A DNA stretch of 64,000 nucleotides from Geosiphon pyriformis uo1. Taxonomy: Eukaryota > Fungi > Glomeromycota. Below, in pieces: positions 14,301 through 27,653 of the stretch. Location of the stretch: the NCBI GenBank assembly GCA_016748015.1, contig JAAOMT010000514.1, forward strand, positions 290,487 to 354,486. Direction: 5' to 3'. Every line of letters starts with the position of its first letter. Within the stretch, counting starts at the first letter, position 1. The notes beneath the pieces are model-generated. The model did no database searches. It had not been told where the DNA came from and saw only the letters and a list, made by a program, of their open reading frames with translations. A program made the position numbers and the translations under genes.

Positions 14301-16356
14301 GCCCATATAGTCTCCATATTACTATGAGTTTCAGCACCAAGAAATTTATCAGCACCTGCCAAAAGTTTGGCAAAAAGACAATCCTTAAATCCAGTCTACT
14401 TGGGGCCATTAGCATTTTTGATTTTGAACTTCCAATGATCCTTGTTAGCCTGTTTGTGCAAACTATTTAACCAAACATCTAGAAGTCTACCCAAGCCAAT
14501 TAAAACCAAAACAGCATTATGATCAGTATCAAAAAAACCAGACACAGAGCAAATCTGATGACCAGTGACGACAAAAAAAAAATTACCACTGACAAAAATA
14601 AAATTGATCATCTTTTCAACTCCTCATGAATTGCTCCATGTGAAGACTTTTACTATATAATAATTGGTAAATAAATTGACCAAACTCAGATCCAAACAGA
14701 ACTTGAACATTGCACTCTTTCTAGACCTATTTTCATTAAAATCTCCATTTGCAATCACAGAGTTCACCTCCAAAGCTTAATCAAATCTGGTCTCAAAAGA
14801 GGCACCAGCATACAAATCCAGAACCATAACTGAAAGCTTGCCTTTAAACAAAAGCTGAACTGAAATAACTCAGCCAAGAACCTCTTTAATCTTAGACACA
14901 TGGCAAGCCAATGAATTGTTCATAATCACAGCAACTCCAGTACCAAGAAAACTTTTATTCAAGTCAGACATGAAAACACACACACCCTCAAACTTATTAG
15001 CAATTCAAGACTTGCTACTGGACCTCAATTTTGTTTCCATAATGATAGATATCATGTTTTCAGACTCTTTGTGCCAATGAACAACATCTTCTTGTTTAGT
15101 AGAGATATTGAGACCTCAAACATTACATGTAGCAAACTTCTACACAAACTTTGTTATTGAGAAGAGAGAACAGCAAAAACCAAACCAGCATTGTCAATTT
15201 TGGCTGAGAGGCCCATAACTGTGATTGAAAAATTGTTCAGAGTTTTTTCTATTTTAGAGATAACTGATGAATTAAAAACCACCACTCTTGCAATAGTCTC
15301 ACCACCAGTGGCCACACCTGAACTCTCACTTATCACTATATCTGCCCCTTGATTCTGTGATGAAGGGGTCACCAATGGCTGATGTTCAGAGCTAAGCTGG
15401 TGTTACCAGAGGTTTTTGGTCTCTTCTTAGCTCTTGTAAGTTTGTTGTAATGCTGTTAATTCACGATTATGAGAAGTGTTTGAACCTCCGATAACTAAAT
15501 TTATCTTCAAATTATCTCCTATAATTTGAACTGCTGGGCTTATAAGTGGAATGGCCAATTCTGTGCCAATTACTTTATATAGTTATGTTGTAGTAAATGT
15601 CAACTCTTTCCCAAGAATTGTTTATCTGAAAGCTCACTAAAAATGTGTAGTTACTTTGCTGTGAAAGTTAACTCTTCTATAGAAATTCTTGTCTGTAGAC
15701 TACCCAAATGATTTATAATAAAAAAAAGAAAGAGAATAAAAGAAATGTAAAAGAAAAAGTAAAACTGATAATTTATGGAAGTCATTTTGGATCCAGGCCT
15801 GGAAGTGCTTTAACAGTCTACTGAAATTAATAGCTAATCAATTTCAAACTGTTTAGTAGGAATTGGTTAATTTCAAGGGAAATAATTTAAGAATTTGGCT
15901 TTTCAAATTTATTTGATATTTATTTTGTTTTTGTGTATAAAAGATGATTCTAATTATTAAATCTGAAATAAGATATATTTTCTTGAAGAGAGAAGCTCTT
16001 CTTTTATACAACTTGTCGTAACACTATTCTATGAATTTGAACTTTGCTCTTTTCTACAATTTTGCTAAACTAAAGATACATTTTGGCAAACTACAAGTTA
16101 TTTCTGCAAACTATTAGATATTTTGGTGAACTATCAATTATTTCGGTGAATTTCTACAAATTTTGGCAAACTTTTAAATGTTATATATTTTGGGGTATTA
16201 CATGATTGATCATCGCACTTAGGTTACATTTGTGTTATGTACAAATTGAATTATTAATTAAATGATAATTTTGGATATTTTGTTAATGTAATAAGTAATA
16301 ATTTGAAACAATAATATATGCTAATTAATGATAAGATTTATAAGGGTAATTTCATG

Positions 16357-16815
16357 CTAAACAATATTTCTAATTTTGTTTGGTAACATAACCTCCTCCT
16401 CAAGACTGAGCTCTATCGAAGTCCAAGTACTGTCTGTAATTTCCAGATAATAATCCAAAATTATTGAAGAAATTTGGTCTGAAAATTGTTGAAATTTCAG
16501 TTCTGTGAGCTTTCCAATGTATTGAATCTTCAAAGGCTGTAAAATTGGGTTTTGTAGGACATTTTCACAGGTGTGAAATAGGTCATAAAGTCTAAGAGCA
16601 GCTCTTAGTTTATAATGACTATTTGTAGGTTTAGCTGTTGTCTTGAATTTATTGTAGAGTTGTTTCCGAATAGCTTTTTTTTGTGAGGTTTGTTGCTGTA
16701 AGCTCCCGTTTTTGTTTATGAAGTGTTTTTCCAATGTAGAAATATCTATATATTGGAGTATAGTCATAGTTTTTTTCATTAAGACACAATTGAAGTTTTT
16801 GTTAAATAGTAGCAT
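16357..16815 (-). pseudogene. Extra ORF between integrase and 3' LTR of Gypsy-A (unknown function)
   Basis: 152-aa sense-strand ORF in the env position. No signal or TM segment visible. Confidence 0.55.
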
Positions 16816-19800
16816 TTGGTGGAATACTAATAGGAGTGAGCATTAAGTTTTTTCTTAAAGCAAGCTTTAGAAGTTCTGGCAGGTGAATTCCAGAATAACT
16901 TCTTGTGTTCTTTTTATACAGGTAATATTTTTGTGCATTTGGGGCTAAATTTGTAACTACTTCTGTTTGGGTATAATTAATGTGGTTTCCAGTAATAGTA
17001 ATAGATAATTCGAGTATTTTTTTTAAAGCTAATATTAGTTTTTGGGATAATTGTTGAATGTTTTGAGGAATAGATATTATAAGAGATTTGAAAATAAAAG
17101 AAAATTATTTTTGGTGTATGGGTTTTTATGTTATTTTTGTTTTGTTTTTGTGAGATTGTTTCTAAATTATAATAATATAACTATAATGATAAATTTAAAT
17201 TAAGTGTTCAAGTTGGGAGGTTGTTCAATGACAACTATTGGTTCTAATTTTCGGAGAATATCTTCAGGATTGATTAAAGGGGAATGTGTACCAATTTGTG
17301 AAATTAATAGTTCAGGATTGTTTCTAAAATTATAGTGTTTCAAACAATCTCCATGTGCAACTTTTGTTAGAATTTTGTTATCAAGTCTTAGCTTGTATGA
17401 TCCATTGTCTAGGACTTCATAGATAAAGAATGATCTATCCCATTTATTTTCAAATTTTCCACTCTATTGTTTTTCAGCTTTAGTTCTGTGTAAGAGAACT
17501 TTGTTTCTGATTTTAAATTCATTGGTAACTGGAGGCAATTTGTTATCATGCTGTTCTTTCTGTTAAGCTTGGGAGTGTTTAATATGGGTGGCTGCTATTC
17601 ATCATTTTCCTTCCAACGTTTTAAGCAGAGTGTAGGCTCTTCATTGTAGTGTTTTTTAGAAATTGTTTTTATCAATTGGTTGTGTTAGGTATGTTTCCAT
17701 GGTGAAACTAATTGGTAATGTTGCTGTCCTTCTATAAGTTAAATCAAATGGTATGTGTTTTGTGGTATCTTGTTTTAGTGTTCTATATGCCAGTAACACT
17801 GATGGAATAAAGAGATCCTATTCTTGCTTAAAATTAGTTGAAACTTTGGCTAATGATTCACACAATGTCCTATTGAAACATTCTACAAGTCCATTTGTTT
17901 GTGGATGGTAGGGCAAAGATAATAGTCTCTTGACATTAAATTGTCCACAAATTTCCTAGATTAAATTGTTCATGAAATGTGTTCCTTGATCAAATAAAAG
18001 TTCTATTGGGCATTCATGTCTACAAATGATGTCTTCATAGATGAAGTTTGCTACTGATTTCGCATCTACTTGTTGTATGGCTCTGGCTTCAGGCCATTTG
18101 GTAAAATAGTCTACAGCTACTACAATATAACGGTTTCCTTGGTTTGTGATAAGAAGTGGTCTGACTAAATCGATACCAACTCAGTCAAATGGCTGTCCAA
18201 CTTTGATTGGGTTTTAAGGTTCTGTAGGGCAAGTTCCTCCTCTTCTTTGACAACTATTACAAGACTTAACATATTCATGAATGTTTTTTCTTATTTGAGA
18301 CCAAAAATAATATGCTAGTGTTCTCTGGGTGGTGCTGTCTTTTCCTAGGTGTGCTGATAAAAGGTCTGAGTGCATGTTATATAAAATGGTTTCTTTTTTA
18401 TGTTTTTGTATTAATCTGAGCGGATTGTCTGGGTTTCTGAAGTTTTAATAATAAATAATATTGTTGTGTAAGAAGTATTATTTGGCTTGTTGTTGTAACT
18501 GATGTTTTTCATCTGGGGACCAATCTGTTGGGATTGTTAATGTCTCCAGATATTGTTTAAGATTGTTGTAGTTTTTGGGGTTCATTTTTTGTTGTTTTGT
18601 TGTTAATTCAAATGAGTGTTGTTTTTATGTTCTAATCTTGTCTTATTCTTGAGAGACAATCAACATTGGTGTGGAGTTTTCCTGGTTTGTGATGTACAAT
18701 GTATCAGTAGTTGGCTAAAAATCCTGTCCATTGGGTTTGTTTGGCATTTAGCTAAGTGTTTTTGTTTTGAAGCCATTTGAGTCCAATATTATCAGTGATA
18801 ATATCAAATTCTTTGGGTCTGAGGTAAAAGTTGAAGTGATGTAGGGCCCAAATTACTGCTGCAGTTTCTAATTCTGTTGCAGAGTAGTTCTTTTCAGCTG
18901 GTTTCAATGTTCTGCTAGCATAAGCAATTACTTGCTCATTTCCATTGTCATCTAACTGTGATAGGATGGCACCAAAGGCAGTATAAGAGGCATCTGTTGC
19001 TAACCAGAATTGGTTGCTGAAATCTGGGTAGGCGAGAATTAGAGCTGTAGTTAGTTTTTCTTTAAAGATTTCAAATGCATTTTGGTGTTCAGCAGTCCAT
19101 TTGTATTCAACATTTTTGGTGGTAAGCTGGTTGAGAGATTTTGCAATTTCTGAGAATTCTTTGATAAACTTCCGATAGTAAGAGGCTAACCCTATGAATC
19201 CTCTTAATTCTGTAGTGTTTTGAGAAGTTTTGAAGTTTTTAACAGTGCTGATTTTTCCAGGGTCTGGTTTGATTCCATCTTTACTAATGACGTGACCAAA
19301 AAAGGCCAAGCTTGTTTTTCCAAAGTAGCATTTTTTGATGTTGAGTTTCAATTCTGCTTTTCATAATCATTGAAATACTTCTTACAAGTATTTTAAGTAT
19401 AATTCGAACAATGAAGAATAAACATCAGTATCATCAAAATAAATGACCACTGACTTCCAAAGGAGTCCTTTGTACACAATATCTATTAATCTCTGAAATG
19501 TTGCTAGTGCATTGCATAATCCAAAAGGCATTACATTGAATTTGTAGTTTCTTTTTTGGGTTGTGAAGGCTGTTTTGAGACTATCTTTGGAATTCATGGC
19601 AACTTGTCAGTATCCGCTTTCTAGATCTAGTGTTGAAAAGTATTTGGATTTTCGAAGGGCATCTAACATGTCATCAATTCGGGGAAAAGGGTAGGCATCT
19701 TTCATGGTAATACTGTTGAGTTGTCAATAATCAACAAAAAATCATATCTTTCCATTTTTCTTCTTAATTAGGACCACAGGTGAGGCCCATGAACTTATTG

Positions 19801-20470
19801 ATAGTTAAATAAGCCCATTGTTAAGCATCCGTTGTACTTCTTCTCAGATAAATTAGTGACTTTCTGGAGCAACTCGGTAGGCTTGTTGTTGCCTTGGTTT
19901 GGCATCTCCTGTATAAATTTGGTGTTAAACCAAATCAGTTTTTCCTAAGTCATTGTTGTTTTCGGTAAAGATATTGGCAAATTCTGCAATTAGCTTTTTA
20001 AGCTGGTTCTGTTGTTGTGGTTCAAGTTGTCCCATGTTGATTCGAAATAGTTTTTCTATAACAACATGATAGTTTTCAGAGCTGGTGTTTGGGTTGATTT
20101 TTGGTAGTAAATGTCCAATAATTTCAGAGAAATTGGGGATTGTTTGGGGTAATTCTTGTTGAAAGATATTACTGTGAATAACTCCAATTTCTAAGTTATT
20201 TAATAAAACTATGGGGAAATTGTTGGGATTGTAAAAAGTAACTTGGATTTTCTTTGTTTCTTCTAGAATATAAATGTTTGAGATCGAGATATTATATTCC
20301 AAGCAGATTTGTTCATTGGACTCAAAAATTTGTTGTGTAGTTGTTGGCTTTTCACAAGTATAAATTTCAGGGTGTTTTCTAAAAGGTAAAATGATAATTG
20401 GTTGTGGAAGTTGTAAAATCTGGTAAGATTCTTTCTGTTCATTGAGGGCTATGTTTACTGAAACTGTGAA

Positions 20471-21058
20471 TCATCCAGTTGAACCAAAATTTTGGGTTCC
20501 TCTTTCACTTTTTCCCAATAGTTCTCTTTGATTGACTAATTGTAAACCCAAAATGTTGATTAAGGGTAAATAAATGGCTTGGGCAATTTTTTCGGCATGT
20601 TCAATCTTAAATGGCTTGTTAGTTTCATTTTGGAGTATTACTGTTATGTCACCAGTATATTCAGCATCGATTATTCCTCCTCTGACATTGATTCCTTTGC
20701 TTGCCAAAGAGGACCAGGAGGCGATTTGAACCATTGCTCTTGGCAGAATTTCGAAAGCAATTTTGAAGTTGATTTTTGTGAGAGATTTGGGTTTGAAAAC
20801 GAGAGTATTCTTGTCTGGATATTTTAGGTCATATTCAGCATTAATTTCATGTGTTTTTTTGGGTTTTATTCCTTGTCCATTGTTGTTAAAGTATTTGAGT
20901 TGTAAGGCAGGCTGGTTTTTGATGAGATAGATAAGTGTTGTTTCAATTTCTTCTGTTGCTTCAGGTTCTCCAAATTCAATTTTGTTCTCATCATTTTTAC
21001 TGGGCAGAGGAATGCTAAAAGCATAGCATTCAGGACACCACTGTTCATCACAAGGCAT
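20471..21058 (-). pseudogene. dUTPase domain within Gypsy-A pol
   Basis: All five dUTPase motifs are present, partly decayed: AEYDL, ASWSSLA, GGIIDAEYTGDI, KIAQAI, RGTQNFGSTG. Confidence 0.92.
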
Positions 21059-24000
21059 AATGCATTCTTCACATAGCCTAATGTTTATTTGCTCTAATTA
21101 TTGAATTTGAGCTTCTTGGGTTGGGTAGGTGTGACTTGCAATTTGGTGATAAACTTCTACTTCATCTTCATAATCAAATTTAGCTAATTTCATGGTGTAT
21201 TCAATGTATTCTGTTTCCTTCATTTGATGGACATCTTCTTTGGTAGCTCTATTAATTAATGCTATTGCTAGGTCGAAAATCATCTCAGCATCATGGGGGT
21301 AGTGATAAAGTTTGTTGAGAGCATTGTTATATGCCACATTAAAGAGTGTTCCTCTTTTTACTTTTTTTGAAATTGATAAAGCATATTAGCAGATCTGATC
21401 ACAGACTTCTCCTCTCATTGTTACATCAATCCAATTGCATTTTTCTGGTAGCATATCTCCACAAGTCAAACAAGGGGTGTTATCCCATTTTTTGCTTCTT
21501 TTTATTAGATGACTCTATCATTTTCTGTGGCAAGCCTTGCAGTAATAACAAGTATAATTTTCATATTCTTCTTCAGGTGAAATGAAGGCTCCCATTGAGA
21601 AGAGTTTCTTGTGACAGTCCTTGTATTTGAGTGGAATGTAGGGGCATTGTTTTCGTGGTTCTGGTTTTGAATAGGAGACATTCTATCCGGTTGTTATTGG
21701 TTCTTTTGTTTCAAGAGAATCATTTGTTGAAAAGTACTGTTGTTCAGTTTCATCGGCCCAATTGGAGGTTGATTCAAGTACCATAAATGTTTCAATGATG
21801 GGCTTTTCTTTTTCTGGTTCAAATTCAAAAGCCGGTGCTTTTTTAGAGCATTTGTTGAATGTACCACAAGTGGCAGGTACCTGGGTATGTTGTTCTTGGT
21901 AGAAGATTGTTAACTCTTGTGTCTCCCAATTCAGATTAGCATTGGCTTTTTGAAGCCAATCATTTCTGACGAGAGCTTAGTACTGGGGCGCGTCCATTAC
22001 AAGAACTTTGACTGGAATAGTAATTCCATCAAGAGTGAACGGAAAATTGTCAATTTCTCCTACTGAAGTCTTTTTCATGCCATCAGCAGTAATGATTACT
22101 GTTTGAGCTGATTGGTCGACATTTCTCTTTAACTGTTGCATTAACTGGTAGATGATGATGCTTCCAGCAGATCTACTGTCTAAGATCAAGCGAATTGCCT
22201 TTCCTTCGACTTCTGCTTTAGTGTTCATAGCAGTGATTGCTTTTTGTTCATTGGCAGCCACATTGCTAAGCAGAAATGGTGACTTATTTGTTTCAAACTC
22301 AAAAGGGAATATGTCTGAAAGATTGGCATTTTCAGCAATTCTGGCTGGTGGGATTGTGGTAGAAGTATAAGAAAAGTTTTGTTGTCGTGCTGCAGTTCTA
22401 CCTTCCGAGAATGCAGTATGGTGAAAATCCTGTTCTTCAGGTATTATAAGATAGCTAGGTTAAGTATAATAATGGGTGGGTCTCGGCTGAGCTGGATTTT
22501 GGGAAACTAATTGGTTATTCGAATTGATTCTATTGTTGTTTACTTGGTATTGGTTTTGTGATGTAAATTGATTTTGCGGAATTAATCTTTGAACAGACAC
22601 TTGATAATGTTGTGTGGATGGTTGTTGGTATTGCTGTTGAATTGGCTGTGGGGCAGACTAATAATAGTTACTTTGATATTGGGGTCTTGGTGGATAGTAA
22701 GCTGGTGGTAGTTGATAATAAGATTGCTGTAGTGAAGAATAACATTGATTACTCCTATTTTGTTGGTCTTGTTGTAGCTTTCTGCAATCTCTTTTCCAGT
22801 GGCCAGGAATTCCACAGTAATGGCAACTCTAAGACTGGTTATTAGAGGGTGATGTGAAGTTGTTTTGATTCTGTCTTTGGAGTGGTTGATATCTTTGTGG
22901 TTGCTGTTGTTGTTGGTTGGTGAAATAGTTTTTGACTTTCTTTGCAATTTGGTCAATTTTCTCTTCAGCTGCTGAGCTGGTTTTTCCAATGGCTAAGTTC
23001 ATGAGTTTTGTATGATTGGCTTCTTCCATGGCCATTTCATATCTCTTTGCATGCTGAATGGCAGAGTTTAAATCTTCTGGGACATGTGGGCAAACCTTTT
23101 TAATCAGTTTATCCTTTAAATCAGTGATAAATTGATCTAAGATTTGAGCATCGGAATAATAATCATTAGTTTCAAGTTGGCGAATTCGTCTGAGAAGTTT
23201 GTTGAATTTTCTAATATAAGTCATAATAGATTTGGAAGGTTCTTGTTTGATATTGTGAAAACGATTTCAAAGAGTAATTAAGGTGTTGTTATTGGTGAAT
23301 TGTTCTAAGAAGGCAGTTTTGAAAGCTGTTCAGTCATTAAAAAGTGTGGTCAAGTTTTCAAACCATTCGTCTGCTGTTCCTTTAAGAAAGTAGGGAATTG
23401 TTCTTAACATTCTGGTAGCATTCCATCCATTTGCATCTCCAGCTTTAGTAACTTGGTCAAGCCATTTTTGGGGACTGGTCTCAATGTCTTCTCCATTGAA
23501 TTTAAGAATTTTTGTGATGTATGCTATCATTTCGTCTTTTTCATTTTCACTGTTTATTGATTCTTCTTCAGATATTTCAGAGTTGTTTTCTTCATTCACT
23601 GCTGTCTTAGAGTGTTCACTTCAATTTTCAGCTAGAAAGTCAAGAAGATTGGAACTAGTTTGAAGGGGTTCTTGTTATCTGGTGGGACTTCTGGGTGATG
23701 TAAAATCTTCTAGTCTTGCAAATCAATTTAAGGGTAAATTAGGTGTTTGTACTTGTACAAGTGAAGCTGGAAAAGGTGTGATAGTAAGTGGAAGTTTTGA
23801 ACTGGTTTCTTGTTCAGGTGTTTGTAAGTGTTTGGCAGTTGTTTTTGGTAGTATTGGGGTATTTGGGGTGGTTTTTGAATATTGCTTCAATTTTTGTTTG
23901 CCTTTGTTGCTTGTTTCTGTCTCTGATTCAAAATCAATGGAGTATTGAAACTGCACTGGATATGTTTCTTCACAGTACTTGATAATGTTAAAATTTAGTT

Positions 24001-27000
24001 CTTGAAAGTAAGTGACAAGTGTTTCACTGTTAAGGTCTTCAGTTTCCAACTGTGAATAGTGTACTAAATTATTGTAAAGATTGTTTCTAACTTCTGAGAT
24101 ATTGTAATTTCCAAAAAGATAATTGTTGATGTGGTTTTCAATGTATTGGTATACTGATTTCTTGACAACTTCAATTCTGTCTGGAATGTTGAATCTTTGC
24201 TTGCAGTGGGTGTAAATTGATTGGTAATACTCTAGAGTTGTTGCGTCTGGTGTGGTCGCCACTTTAAAGTTGTTTTGCTGTATTGTTTCTATGGAAGAAC
24301 ACCAAATGTTACCAGAGGTTTTTGGTCTCTTCTTAGCTCTTGTAAGTTTGTTGTAATGCTGTTAATTTATGATTATGGGAAGTGTTTAAACCTCCAATAA
24401 CTAAATTTATCTTCAAATTATCTTCTATAATTTGAACTGCTGGGCTTATAAGTGGAATGGCCAATTCCATGCCAGTTATTTTGTATAGTTACATTGTAGT
24501 AAATGTCAACTCTTTTCCAGGAATTGTTTGTTTGGAAGCTCACTAAAAATGTGTAGTTATTTTGCTGTGAAAGTCAACTCTTCTATAGAAATTCTCGTCT
24601 GTAGGCTACTCAAATGATTTATAATAAGAAAAGAAAGAAAATAAAAGAAATGTAAAAGAAAAAGTAAAACTGATGATTTATAGAAATCGTTTTGGATTCA
24701 GGCCTGGAAGTGCTTTAACAGTCTACTAAAATTGGTAGCTAATCAATTTCAAACTTTTTAGTAGGAATTGGTTAATTTCAAGAGAAATAATTTAAGAATT
24801 TGGCTTTTCAAATTTATTTGATATTTATTTTGTTTTTGTGTGTAAAGGATGATTCTAATTATTAAATCTGAAGTAAGATACATTTTCTTGAAAAGAGAAG
24901 CTCTTTTTTTATACAACTTGTTGTAACACTATTCTATGAACTTGAACTTTGCTCTTTTCTACAATTTCGCTGAACTAAAGATATATTTTGGCAAACTACA
25001 AGTTATTTCTGCAAACTATTAGATATTTTAGTGAACTATCAATTATTTCAGCAAATTTCTACAAATTTTGGCAAACTTTTGAATGTTACATATTTTGGGG
25101 TATTGCATAATTGATCATCACACTTAGGTTACATTTGTGTTATGTACAAATTGGGTTATTAATTAAATGATAATTTCGGACATTTTGCTAATGTAATAAG
25201 TAATAATTTGAAACAATAATATATGCTAATTAATGATAAGATTTATAAGAGTAATTTCATGTTAAACAATATCTCTAATTTTGTCTGGTAACACTAGGAA
25301 ACCATTGGCCCAAGTGAGTCTAACCTTTTAGCCAACTTGTCAATATGTTCTATAAGGCTGGTAAGACTATACTCAAGAGCGGCAAACCTATTATTCAATT
25401 CTATAGACACCATTAGAGTAGGTCTCATCTCCAAAGAGAAACTAGAAGAAGCTGAGCCATTGCATACAGAAAGAGAAGAGAATGAAGACCTACCAACAAT
25501 ATTAGTCCATAAGACACTACCAAAAGAAATAGGATGGAAGATTGGAGCAGAACATCTAGCATAAATAAAAGCCAGTTTGCTTTTATCATCATTCGACAAT
25601 ATCTTGCGAATTGGTCCACCAGGAGAAATCTTCTCATCCACAAAACAATTCAGAGATGTGTGACTCAAACTCTCACACTTAGCATACTTAACAGAATCCA
25701 GGTAAGACCAATGCAAATTGGCACTCTTTAAGACTGTGTAGTTTTTATAATAGCATTAATTGAAGCTACAGAGTCAAAACAAACAACAGTACATTTGGTC
25801 CAGGCATATGTAATAGGGTGTTAATTGATAACATATGTTTTCTCATCCACAGAACCAATAAAGTCTCAGATATCATGAGCATTTGTGCTTATTGGTAGTG
25901 TATAAAGCAAAGCCTTATGCTAATCCCTTGTATTTCATAATTTCTTGTCTATATTAACCTTGGCCACTCTTATGGCATTTTTTTTGATCAAGATAGACCA
26001 TCTAGCTGTGACCAAATCAGTCTGATTTGATTGGGCAAATTTAACCACAGCCTTTTGTTATAGCTTTATTAATTGCATCTTGATTGACACAACAGAACCA
26101 AATTCAAAAAACGCAGCACACACAGCCTCAGCTGATGTTCCAACTGGAATTTTCTTCACCACCACAGCCTGATCTGAATGACCAGTTTATTTCTTGAGAT
26201 TAGTGTTTACCAAAATGTTTGTTGCTCTTGCCTTTTCTGTAGCCTGTACCAAACTAGCTTTAGAAGTGAAGAAAGCATGAATAATCTTAGAAAATTTTGA
26301 GAGAGCAAAGGCCCTCCCAAAACCATTGACTTTTGAAAACAATTTTCTGACCATTATCAGCTTTTCTTAAGAGAATTTTCTAACCACTTTATCCAAGCCA
26401 ATATTCAAAGCAAAAGATTTCCTAACAGAAACAATAACCAAATTCTTCAAGGAAGGGAGAAGTTTTAAGAGGATATCCAAGAAAATATCATCATCATTAT
26501 TATGACTTGAGAAATCTATTTTCTCTAATGGCTTGCCCAATGCTTTTTTAGTTTTGATACCTGGTTCTTTAGACATTTGATCATGATTCCCATTTGCAAT
26601 AGTGCCATTCACACCATAGTCAAAACTAGTTTCTTCTACTAGACATTCTTTCTCCATATCAATACTTTCAGACTTGGTAATGTCATCAGTCTCAGAACCC
26701 CATAAACAACCACCTGGCACCATAGTTAGCATTCCTTTGCCACCAACACCTTCTTTCAAAGCGACACCTTTTCTCTTCTTTCTTGACAAAACAGGCTTGA
26801 AACCTCTACCAGAACCAGATTCTTTAGTGACTTTCTTCATAATAGCAATATTAGGGCCAACAGTAGCCTCAAAATTGAAAAATGGTTTGGTTTTATCATA
26901 CTGAATGTTGAAAAAAACTTCTTTCAAATAAACTTTGACTCTTTTTTGGGAATTTGGGATAAATAAAAGAAAGAAGTTTTTTTTATTATATTTGTATAAA

Positions 27001-27148
27001 CCTAATTTTAAAATTACATTATTTTATTATTATTATTTTTTAAAAGTGTTGTTTTTATATTTTTATAATTAAAAACTTTATTTTAATTAATTATTAAAAT
27101 AATATTATATAATTAGTCATTTTTTTTAAATAATAATATAATTTAATT

Positions 27149-27330
27149 ATTATTTAATACAATATGACAATAAATATTTTAAATTAAATATAATTTATAT
27201 TTTTTTTTATTAAATGTTTAACAAGTGAAGCCCAACTGCTATTTAATACATAAAACCAAACTAAGTGATTCAAACTAAATATAGCTTATGCTTTTACTAC
27301 ATATAGCCAGCCATTTAAATTTATATAATT
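27149..27330 (-). repeat. Decayed copies of the LINE-A-type 3' tail
   Basis: aagtgaagcccaactgctatttaatac (~27222) matches 9625. attatttaatacaatatgac (~27149) matches 27691. Confidence 0.7.
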
Positions 27331-27653
27331 ACTATATATAATTAATTATTTAAACCAATTAAAATTATATTATATATTTACAATAACTAAAACTGTATTT
27401 AAACTTAAAAAGCAGATATTTTTTTCTAAAATCAAAATTAATTATATGTTTTTTAATAATATTTAATAAATAATTAATTTTTTTAAATAATTAATTTATA
27501 TTTTTAAAAAATTTTTAAAACTTTAAAAAATCAATTTTTAAAAACAAATTATATATATATATATATATAATTAAGTGTTTTTAATATAATTAAACAAAGT
27601 TTAAAGCATTTAAAACAATATAATATTAACTTAAATTAATTTTTTAATATATA

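Larger units (their letters stand above)
15401..25293 (-). mobile_element. Gypsy-A: full-length degenerate Ty3/Gypsy LTR retrotransposon with dUTPase
   Basis: LTRs at 15401-16388 and 24307-25293, with TGTTACCAGA...TCTGGTAACA termini in the 24307 copy. TSD CTGG/CTAG, PBS TGGTG next to the 5' LTR, PPT GGAGGAGGAGG. Order is gag-CCHC, protease (LILDS), dUTPase, RT (MPFGL, YFDD), RNase H (TDAS, NYSATELE), integrase. Confidence 0.95.
9603..26960 (-). mobile_element. LINE-A: full-length degenerate non-LTR retrotransposon (ORF1 plus ORF2 APE-RT-RNaseH-CCHC), split by a solo LTR and Gypsy-A
   Basis: ORF1 remnants at 26927-25294 and 15400-15154. APE (FATCNV, DTDH) ~15150-14400. RT (IPKPYDW, KAYDSV, AFVDNT) ~13500-12500. 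RNase H (IYTNG, LDSQ, GNVEAD) ~11790-11340. CLLCGEVE zinc finger ~10280. 3' UTR and poly(A) at 9603-9736. Many stops. The 5' boundary is approximate. Confidence 0.9.

Noticed and set aside
17200-17520. Chromodomain or env at the end of Gypsy-A pol
   Set aside because: Only a GPY/F-like integrase tail is visible. There is no chromodomain aromatic pattern and no TM segment.
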